64,000 bases of DNA, from contig JBJCIZ010000239.1 of the NCBI GenBank assembly GCA_051294375.1, forward strand, positions 2,307,476-2,371,475. The letters run 5' to 3'. Shown in pieces: positions 1-47,200 of this stretch. The position numbers were made by a program, and so were the translations under genes. The notes below the pieces were generated by a model. That model saw nothing but the letters and a program-made list of their open reading frames with translations. It did not search any database and was not told the DNA's origin. This DNA comes from Paraspadella gotoi. Lineage: Eukaryota; Animalia; Chaetognatha. Every line of letters starts with the position of its first letter. Positions within the stretch are counted from its first letter, which is position 1.

Positions 1-35584
<35,584 letters not shown>

Positions 35585-36883
35585 CGGTGTTTGTGCCCCA
35601 TGATAAAGGCTATATAGTTTTATTTTTACTCATCCCTTAACAATGAATCAATTCTGCGCTCGGGTTCTGGTAACCGCTGATATATCATAATGTTGTAGTT
35701 TAGCGTTCTAATTTACATATTTTTGCATTATGTTCAATTGCTCTTAGAAGACGTTTTTGTAGCTTTGATCGGTCCATGTCATTTGGGTGTCCCGAGAAAT
35801 CGTAAAAATCTTTAATTAAAAAGTCGCTTTTAAAATACAATGAAATTTTGTCTTCAGCTGAGAAATTAAGAACCCAGTTTTATCTACTGTAAGCTTATGA
35901 ACTTTTTATGTATACAATAAGTTTTGAATAATTTTAAAATATGACGTAAGAATAAAATATTTTTTGTTATATTTACCTATTTTTTTTCTGAGACACTGGT
36001 TAAACGTAGATACTGTACATAGAAAAAAATAATAATTATGTACTGTATTAGAATCCTATACAATTATGCCTTATTAAATTTAAATTTACGTCTAAAAAAT
36101 TTCTTCGTTTCGTCCACTAAGTTACTAAAAAAATGATTAATGTTTAGTTAATTTTTTTTTTAATTAACGCGAAATATTAGCTATATTTCTAAACATCAAA
36201 AAAGGCAAACAAATATTTTTTTTCTAATTGCTGGCAGTTTTCCGAGTAACTAATCAGGCAGTCAGAATTAATCAAAAAGACAGAGTAGTTGTGTTCAAAC
36301 CCTTGTGCTGCAAACCTTTTTACTACTTAATTTGAAAAATATAAAACTGAAAAAAATATCATTTTTTAACTTCTTTTAAATTCAAGAGCAAAAAATTTAA
36401 TGATAAACATTGAGCATTCTTAATTTCTTTGCACGTTCGATTGCTCAATAGTGCGCTGCCTTCGTACGGCAAGTTCTGTTTAACAGTAAATTTTCTTGTT
36501 CATTTGTTTTGTTTATGAATCTTACATAAAATATTAAAGATAGCGCTCACTACAGAACTTAGTGACTTCTTAAATTATACAAAAGATCGACTCCAATAAG
36601 ATTTTTTTTTTCACTGACACATTTCTATTTATTACATATTAATTGAAAATTTGAAAAATAAACCAAATATACGTAAAAAGCAATTTTAATTATGACCGTA
36701 CTGTCGACTCTTTTTGATATATTCTAAAAAAAAGTTACGAAAATATTTCGACTAGAATTATTCGTAACCGAATAAAAAAAGCTTGCCCCGTTTTTTTTTT
36801 ATTATTCTTTAAAACGGAGCATGTCGTCCGCGGAAATATATTGTAAAATTGATATTTAATACCAAATTAATAGCAAAAACATA

Positions 36884-37015
36884 ATGGAGGAGGATATCGC
36901 CGAAGGGAAGGACCAGTCGATCGCCGAAGATAAGCGTCAGCCGAAAGTGAAGTACTCGGTTCAGGCCGCGCTCGCCGCCAATCAGTTCGAGGAAGGCGGT
37001 TTTAACGAAAACAAG
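36884..37015 (+). CDS. ABCA: ABCA putative first coding exon ([11 protein letters not shown]...NENK)
   Basis: ATG, coding-like codon use, AAG|GTTTCC donor, phase 0 fits next exon. Confidence 0.65.
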
Positions 37016-38651
37016 GTTTCCTTATACTATACTAAAAGTACTATACTATACTATACTAAAAATCTTTGAAAACTTTTTTTTTCTTTAAGTTATAGAGAAA
37101 AAAAAGTTTCCAAAGATTTTTAGCCGAATCCGGTTATAGCAGATCCTCTGTAGTTCGCTTTGTACCCATAATCTCGTCGATATGTCGCTTCGATCGTATC
37201 GGAACGTCCAACAATGATAAATTGTCCCGTCGCTCCCTCAGTCCGTCCCCCTTGAGCTTATACTATATTCTATAGCTATAGCTATTCTATAGCTTATTCT
37301 ATAAGTTATGGAACGCCAATCGTTAGTATTTGCTGACATGTTTGCGACTTCGGCCCAATCAGAAAAAAAGGACTCGTTACAAACGCAACAACTGCCTCGT
37401 TTTCAAGTTGCTGTTGCTGAAAAACTTGAGAATATCCATTCGTCGAAAATGCATGTTCGCCACGATGCTGTTCATTCCTGCGTTTTTATGGTGAGAGAGA
37501 GAGAGAGAGAGAGGGAGACAACGCGAAGACCTGATTAACGATTACTCGGTACCCACATTGTCCAACTTAAATCGTTGTTTATTAATTGATCGAGCAATTA
37601 CGTTTTTTTTTTTAAATTTATTAATTGCCCAAGCAGAAGAATAAAATACATATTCATTGATAGGGAAGCCAGGTACTCTGGGATTGAATAAACGAGACCG
37701 TGAGAGAGTCTTGATTGAAAGCTTGCAGGGATCTGCTAAGTCATTATCTTGTAAGAGTGATGGAGTCCTTAAACTACCAAAAGCCTGTCCAAAGTGTCCA
37801 AAGTCAGGGGCAAGACAGCTTATTCATTAAACGAATGGATAATTTTTATATTGATAGTACCAATCTCATAAATGAATTTCCCTTTCTCCTTTCCGACCGA
37901 AACAGCGTCCTCAGCATCTTTCTCTTCAAATACGTCTTCGATCCGACGAGCTACCCCAAACCCACCGTGTTCGAGCCATTGCAGATTGACGCCCTTCCGC
38001 CGGCCGCCATTCCCTTTCAAAGCCTGCAGAACATCTTGGTCGTGTCGCGGGACCCGATGGCCCAGTTCGCCATGATCCACGGGATGGTTCTGCCGGTGCT
38101 CGCCGGAATCGCTCAAAGTGATAAATCATTATGGGATTTCAATTTGATTTGTTTCTATCCGAGTTGGCCGTAAGACATCTGAGAAAAAATATCAAATTTT
38201 TTTGGAAGCGTAATCCACTCCACATGACGATATTTAAAAAAAAAAAAAAAAGCTATGAATTTTATTCAAAATATTGTGTGGCAAGCTAAGACCAAACAAT
38301 GCTTGCCAAAATACTATAAAAAATCAAGATGATCTTGAATCTTGGTCTTAGACACTCGCAATTGCTTTTTTTTTTTAACCAAATTTTTCAATCATCTACG
38401 TTGCCGTCATCCTTGTGTTTGATGTCGTTGCATCATCTTACCTATGGTGGACTAAAATCCACCAACCGTCCATCAGCGGCCATTGGTGCCTGAGGCAAGT
38501 CATTCGCCTCCCAACCCAAAGGTCCGGGGTTCTTGCCCGGTGGTCGCCTCGCAGTTAAGAGGGACGGGGCGCTTAACCCGCCTTTAACACGGCGTTACAG
38601 CCTGATCCGAAGCTCAGGGACTGCTTATATTGAACGGTTCTGTCATTAACA

Positions 38652-38689
<38 letters not shown>

Positions 38690-40955
38690 CCTTCTTCATT
38701 TCAGATCCAAACCTGATTCCCAAGTCCTCCTTAGAGCAGACCTCCGAGGTTCTCGGCGTCGTCCGAAACCTCCAGCGCTTCAAGATCGGATTCGCTCCTC
38801 GAACGTCGAAGACTCTGAGGGTGATGAACAGGGTCGCCCGAAGGCTCAATCTCGACAAGGTCGTCGACTTCGGCTCTGAAAAAACCATGGTCGACGCTAT
38901 CAACGATGGTTAGCGGCAGAGTTGGGGTTTGGAAACCCTGGACCTAGTTGACGTTAGCCGATGGCTTTACTCTTTGAGCCACCGGGTCACAACTGAGGGG
39001 CGGGCTGAACCTGGGCAATGCCCGTTATGGAGAGAAAAAAAAAGAAACAAAGAAAGAAAGAAAGAGAAAAAGAAAAAAAGAAGAGAAAGAAAAGAAAAGA
39101 AAGTAAGAGAGAGACAAAACGAAAGAAAAAAAGAAGGAGAGAGAGATAGCGTAAAAAAGAAAGAAAGAAAGAAAGATTGTAGCAGAACGACTTCCTCCCC
39201 CCCCCTTCTTCCTCTCTCCCACTATATGAGTGGGACTCTGGTAATGAATTATATATTATTTGTTATCTGTATCTTCAGTGTATCTTCAATCTTCAATTGG
39301 ACTTAAAAATAAATTTACTACTATATGCAAATGAGATTGATGAAATCTCAATCTCATTTAGAATCTATCTCTTACACCACCTCCCTCCCTTCAATCCTCC
39401 ATCCCCCCACAAACCTTCCCACAGAATTGGTGCTCAAATTGACGAAAGGTATCGACGCTGGGCTCAGAGTTCGGTTCGCGTCTTTTCTCTGTGGGATTTA
39501 CTTCGACTTCAAAGGATCGAAAGACGTTAAACTTAAAATCCGATTCGCTTCGGATTCCATATACACCACCGATTTCTTCAGGCATATGCTGTGGAGAAAG
39601 TGATGAATAAATAAATTTATTTAAATTAATAATAAATAATACTAATAATAATAATAATAGTAATAATAATAATATTAATTATTACAATAATAATAATAGT
39701 AATAATAATAATAATAATAATACTAATATAAATAATAAGAATAATAATATTAATAATAAAAAAAATAATAAAAGTAGAAATAATAATAAGAATACTAAAT
39801 GATAAATAAATATTAAATTATGAAAACAATTTAAGACAGAAAACCAAGTAGCATATTTTTTTCGAAATTTCCCTTAAAAACTTGAAAACTTAAGCTATGA
39901 CTACCTTCATTTTATATTTTTTTTTATCATTTTGGAAATTATCCTAAAGCTGAGTTCAAGCAAATCTAAAAAATATTTTATCCTTTAATCTATCCTCTGC
40001 GATGCTATAATTATTTATCAAACAAATTACATTTTTTAAGGTTAATCCCTAAATCCCTCATCTTTTCGCGACCTAAAAAAATCAAATTGATACAAAAGAT
40101 ATTTTAATAACCGTCTCAAAGCCAAAATGAAAGGTGTGCAGGTCCCTGTTGAAGGAACGAAACATTAAGTGAAATTTTAATATTTTATAGGGTTGGTAAC
40201 AACTCCGGTGCTTGGTGGACGGAGTACAAGTTCCGAGACTCCAACCGCTTGGGTCCGTGGGACGGGGAGTCAGCAAGATCCTCTCCCAATTATTATTTGA
40301 AGGGTGAGTTACTTGATTTAATTTCTTAGCCCTCTGCGGCCTTATTTTCCCAGAGCGTCCTATTTTATCTTCTATTTAAAATTAAGTTTATTTTTAGGTT
40401 TTGAGTTTAAAGATTATATTGAGGAATTGGTTATAATTAGATTATAATTAAAGTTATAGATTAGGTTAAAGATTAAGGATTAAGTTTAACAAAATTGGTA
40501 CATCCAATGTGTTGCATCGCAGTAACTTTTTTAGCCTATATTATTCCTTAAAGTTTTAGGAATTTTTTAAAGGCGACATTGAGCAGTCACTTAGATTGGA
40601 TGTTTTTTCCTGTCTTAACAAATGAGCAACCAACTATAAGCGAGTTATGAATATTTTTAATGTAAGTGGGACAGACTGAGGAAAGATATACCAACCGCTC
40701 GCAGCGCAACTAAAGATTTAAGGGTAAGGGATTAGGTAATAGGATTAAAATTAAGGATTAGGCTAGGGTTAGGGATAACAATTATAAATTATAAAATAAA
40801 AGTTAGGAATTAAGTAATGGGTTCAGTAATATTTTAAGATTAAATAATTAAGTTTAGTAATTAAGGAACTGAAATGGGGCGCTTTTGTGAAAAAAAAAGA
40901 GCCGTTTTTCGTCGTTTAATTTTTTCCCGGTTTCGATCTTTTTCTTTCTTTCGTT

Positions 40956-41049
<94 letters not shown>

Positions 41050-43238
41050 ATCCGTAAGGCTTCATCGCCGTTCAATGGGCGATATCAAAGGCGTTGCTGG
41101 AGGAGGACCTGAAAATCTCCAAAGACTTCGAGGAGCAGACGCGTCGATTTCCTTTGGTTTCGTCGCAGAAGATGGCTTATCCTCCCTATGTGCAAACGAA
41201 GATGTTGGAGGCGAAAATCTTCGTCGTCTACTTGGCCTCGTTCATCGTCATATTTTGGGGTGAATTCGATGAGATTGTGAGGAATTTTCGATGCCTTCAC
41301 GTCGCGCGATCGCGCGTTCTCTCGGCGTCACCTTTTCCTTGGGGTTTTACGAAGGGACGGACGGACATGATTCGATTTTTGAAAAATAATTTAAGTGACC
41401 GTCCGACAAAACTATAGGGGACGACCGACAAAGTGATATTATTGATTCGTGAACAGAAAAATGTAACAGCTCCTCGTCATCGGTTTCGTTTCAAAATTCG
41501 ACTTCGGCCACGCCTCAATTTTTTACCACCCACCAGACATGATCCGCATCGTGGGCCTGGAAAAGGAAACGGGCATGAAGGAGATGCTGAGCATCATGGG
41601 AGTGGGTCACAGCATGCAATGGGCCGCCTGGTGGACGCGCAGCTTGATCATCGTTATTCCCGTCGCCGTCGTCGTCTCCGCCACCATGGCAATCATCTTC
41701 AACTACGTCTCCTTCTTCGTCGTCTTCGTCCTCTTCTTCTTCTTCTTCATCGCTTTCATCGCCCTGGCCTTTTTCATCACTTCCTGGTGATGGTGATGAT
41801 GATGATGATGAAAAAGTTTATAAAATTAAATGTAATAAATCTAATTATAATCGCGTCATTTAAACGAATTTGGGGATAAAAAAAATGGTTCAAATACTTC
41901 GGCGTTTTTTTTTTTTGTTTTTTTTAAAACAAAGATTGATGAGCAGCAATTATTACTGTAATTATCGTAATTATTTTAAATACGGTAATTATAGTAATTA
42001 TCGTATTGACCATCATTTAAACAAATTTGTGATAAAAATGGTTAAAATACTTCGGTGTTTTTTTTTTTGTTTTTTTTAACAAAGATTGATGAGCAGTAAT
42101 TATTACTGTAACTATCGTAATTATTGTAATTATTGTAATTATTTTAAATACGGTAATTATAGTAATCATCGTATTGACAATCAATTAAAATTAATTAAAA
42201 TATGAACCAATGTTTTATTAAACGAGTTACAAATGAGAAACGTTTAAAAATTCTAAAGATCCGTAAAAAATTTGAGTCTTAAAAATAAAAAAAATTAGTC
42301 AATTTTTTTTTCCTTTTTCTCAAATCGATCAGTTGACTCGCGAGCGTCGCGGAAATTTCCAGTATTTCCCCCCCCCCCACACTCCCCCCCATTAGGGTGT
42401 CCTCCGCGATGACGGCCGGCGTCATCGGCTTCGGGATTTACTTCGCGATGCTGGTGATGACTTTCTACATCAAGGAGACGACGGCGTTCGGATACAAAAT
42501 GGCGGCCTCTCTTCTCATCAGCGTCGCCTTCAACAGCGGCTTCGACTTTATCCTTCACTACGACAATCATCGAGCTTGGTTAGACCTCGGACTCATCAAC
42601 ACGCCCGTTTCGGTGAATACATTTTTTTTTATTTGGGGGGGGGGTGTTTCAATAAGTCACTCTTTTGGTCGGTCGGTCCGTTCCATTTACGTTTACTTTC
42701 GAACTCTCTAACTTTTCTCTCGGTTGCGCTTTTGTTACGTTTGCTCAGAGTGAAAGAACTGCTGGCGCCACCTTTTGTTTTTAAAGAAATATCATGAAAA
42801 TGAAACAGAATTTCTTATGCGGTGCGTGTCGAAACTCTTTGGCCCTGCCACTGCACAATTTATCGCTGTAATCGCGTGATCACCCAGACACCTTTGAATT
42901 ACCGTTCTTGTTACTTTGATCAAATGGGCAGGCCTCGGTTATACCTATTGCTTTTAGTTTTGCCGGGCCTGCTTATAACTTTTACAATAATTGTAAACCC
43001 TATCCACATCCTTTGCAGATCAACAAACACTACACTCTTCTCCACTCGATCCTCATGCTCATGCTGGACGCTTTCATCTGCATCGTCCTCACCCGCTACG
43101 TGGAGGAAGTGAGTCCGGGTAAGTTCGGCGTCGCCAAGCATCCCTGCTTCTGCTTCTTCAAGTGCTGCAGCGACGCGAGGAAGAGGAAGAGGATGAAGAT
43201 GATGCAGTACGAACCGCAGCGAGGTGACGGAGTGGGGG

Positions 43239-43283
<45 letters not shown>

Positions 43284-44111
43284 AGGAATTAGACAGAGTA
43301 TTTCTCGTGACATGACATTACATGACATGACGCTACATGACATGACATGACATGCGCTAACAAACAATTAGATTTGAGGTTTTTTTCTGTCATAACAAAT
43401 GAGTAATCATCAACCATAGGCAAATTATATGCATTTTTAACGTAAGTGACTGACGGACCGACAGAAAATTGACTTATAGTGACTTCTAGTTACTTATAGT
43501 GACTTAAAGAGTCAAACAAACAGAGAAAATAATGCGAGAAAATATGAGAAGAAAAGAGAAGAGAGGAGAGAAAATTTACAGAGAAAGAAAGGAAGGGAGA
43601 AAATGTTGAGTTCCAACCTTCGCGAAAAGAAAAAAAAAACAAAAATTTCTTTCCAGATTATGGAGATATCGAACCTGATGAGTTTTACGAAGTCAGACAA
43701 ACGGATCATACGATCGGAATCGCCATTCGGGACCTCGTCAAAGTACAATTATATATTTACCATAAGTTTATACAATATACAATATACAACCCGTGTATCG
43801 GCGACCGACTGTTTACAGGTTTACGGATCGGGAGCGTGCGCCAACAAAACCAAATACAAAAGAGCAGTCAACGGAATCTCGCTCAATATGTATGAAGAGG
43901 AAATCTTCGTGCTTCTGGGCCACAACGGAGGTCTGTGTGGTGAAGCCCTTGTTCTTATTGGTATTGATATTAGCGCAAAGTTAGAAGAGTTTGAATTTCA
44001 TTTTCAACAACGGTTTATTTCAATAAAAACGGACATGTTTCGGCTTAACTACAAGCCTTCATCAGCGTTAAAAAAGAGTTAGTGAATTTGAAACAAATTA
44101 TGTGCATAAAG

Positions 44112-44205
<94 letters not shown>

Positions 44206-47200
44206 GCTTGTAGTTAAGCCGAAACATGTCCGTTTTTATTGAAATAAACCGTTGTTGAAAATTAATTTCAAACTCTTCTAATTGTTACACAACGAAATGA
44301 AAGGATTATACCACAATAGCGCAAAATTATAAAATGGCACGTTCGTTTCCATTCCGAGTCATCAGCACGATTTCCTTTCGGGAAGAAGCGATCGATTTCG
44401 AAATATTGAAATTGTCAATCAATAGTCAAATAATCCAATTTGCAAAACAATCCGCTGCCAACGAAGCCAGTTTAGAATTCAATTCTTATTTGTTTCAGAG
44501 TCATGATTTCGGCAGAAGATTTAGTAGTTAATAGTTTGATTCGGTCTTTTCATGCCAATATAATATAAAAGAAAAACCAAATTATTTCTGGAAGTAACAT
44601 AATATTTATTTTTAAATAAGCACTGATCTTCAGAGACTTCTGTCTCCCTCCGTCCCTCCCTCCATCCCTCCGTTTATTAGCGGGAAAGTCTTCCACGATG
44701 AACGTTATAACTGGATACTATCCGCCCACTTCCGGTAATAAAATCCTTATACATTCCAATTCGGTACAATTTTACGAATTATCATTTGTAACCGCATTGG
44801 TCAAAAAAAAAAAAAAGGGAACGTTTGGGTCAACGGGCTCAACACCAAAGACGACATGGACCTCATCCGCGAGAAATTGACGTACTGCCCACAGCACGAC
44901 ATTCTCTTCGGCGATTTGACCGTCGAGGAGCATTTGATGTAATTCAATGTATTTTAATGTAATTCAATGTAGAAATCGACCACTTTAGTTTAGAGCCGAT
45001 CTTTGTCAATGGTGTGGGTCGGAAGTTTTGATTTTGGAACCTTCCCGAATGAAACTTCATACATTTCCGAGAAAAAAACTTTCAATTGGACCAAAATTTT
45101 TTTTTTAGAATGGCTAGAAGGACTAGTAATTAATTGTTTTAATATTTATTTATAGATTATATCTTGTCTAACCCCGTATGATCCCACTCGAGGTTCTTCG
45201 GGACGCTGCAGGGGATCAGCAAGGATGACATGGAGAGTCACATCGGCTCCATGTGCCACGACTTGAAGATGGAAGACAAAAGGAAAACGCGAACGAAGAA
45301 TCTCTCCGGCGGAACCAGGCGGAAAACTTCAATGGCCATGGCGCTCATCGGTAAAAACGGATCGAATTAGTTGGGGAAAGCGATGAGATAAATTGTCCCT
45401 AATTGTCCCTAATTATGACCTTTTTAGTTGCGCCGCGAGTATAAGTCACTTTACGGTCGGGTCGGTCTGGCCCGTCGGTCGATATGTTCTGTACATTGGT
45501 CTGGCCCACTTACGTTAAAAAATGCATATAATTTATAATTTGATCATTTGTTAAGACAGAAAAAATTCAAATCTAAGGGACTGCTAGCGCCGCCTTCAGG
45601 AATTATTAAAACTATAAGGAATAAAAGACAGAATTTTAATGTGGTGCATGTCATAAATACACGGGCGAAGAAAGTTTTTTAGTCATGTCATGTTATATCA
45701 TGTGATGAAAAAGAAATACACATAAAAAGTTACTGCGGCGCAACACATTAGAATTACCATTCGTGTTTTTCTTTTCCTCTCCAAGGCGACGCGAGAGTGA
45801 CTATATTGGACGAACCGACATCCGGTGTAGACGTTTCCGCCAGACATTGCATATGGCAGGTATTGTATTTGTATTGTATTTGTAAGTCTTAAAGATTATT
45901 TTGCGTTATTTCTGAAGACCAAGTTCAAGAACGTCTTAGTTATGAAATATAGTTTTTTTTTCAGGAGAAAGGTTCCATCACTTCACTAATTAAATGTAAA
46001 CAAACATTACCAGGTGATTCACAAAGCGAGAAGTCACCGAACCATCATTCTTTCCACTCACTTCATGGACGAGGCGGAGGCCCTCGCAGATCAGGTGGCC
46101 ATCATGGCTGCCGGCCTCATCGTCTGCTGCGGATCCACGGCGTTTCTCAAGAGAAAGTTTGGGCTTGGATATCACCTCACCATCGTTAAAGGTAAAACTG
46201 GAAGGAACGGTAATTTTAAAGGGTTCATGTATTAATATTTTTCCCATTAAGGAACGTGCAGCAAAAGCATTTTACTGTACATACTGCATTATTAGGCTGT
46301 CAAGTAGTAAGATGCTCAATTGCTCACTGTGTCATGAGATATGTTCCATTGCTCCTTTTATTGCTAATGTAATAAAAAACAATTGTAATTCCAATGTGTT
46401 GCGCCGCAGTGACTTTATTTTCACGTGTATTTCCCTTAGATCACATGATATGACATGACATGACATGACTAAAAAACTTTTTGGCCTGTGTATTTATGAC
46501 ATGCACTGCATCAAAATTCTGTCTTTTATTCTTTAGTTTTAGGAGTTCCTGAAGGCGGGGCGCGCAATCTCTTATATTTGAGGTTCTTTCTGTTTAAACA
46601 AATGAGCAACTAACTATAGGCAAATTACATGTATTTTCAGTGGAACAGACCGACGGACAGACATACCGCCCGACCGACAGACAGACCGAAAAAGTGACTT
46701 ATTGAGTTGATCCGCGAGTACTCGCGGCTCAACTTAAAAAAAACAGTTCCGTTCAGGCCCGAAGTGCGACGTGAGCGCCATGTTGGCGTCGATCGAAGGC
46801 TTCGTCCCCGGATCTAAGCTTGATCGTGACATTGCGGGAGAAGCCAACTTCTTGATTCCCAAGACCAACCCTAAGCTCTTTCCGGGTATCGCGGTGTATC
46901 CCATCGATATATTTATATATATATATATATATATAAAAATTGAACTAAGGCAACTCTCGTGCGTTTTTTTTTTATGCTTACGATTTTATTCAACTCTGTT
47001 TTGAAGCTTTGTTCGAATATTTGGACAACAATAAGCAGGAGCTCGGAATTCTCTGTTACGGAGCAACTATGGATAGTATGGAGGAAGTTTACATTCGAGC
47101 AGGCGAAGCCAGAATCGAGGCCGAGATCGAACAGGCCAACGCCAATGTAATTGCCGCGGTATTAAAATATATTAGCTAATCCGTCGTCATTATTTAATAT

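Noticed and set aside
38476-38548. Functional tRNA-Gly gene
   Set aside because: D and anticodon stems do not pair, the B-box is degenerate, and it is embedded in a longer dispersed repeat
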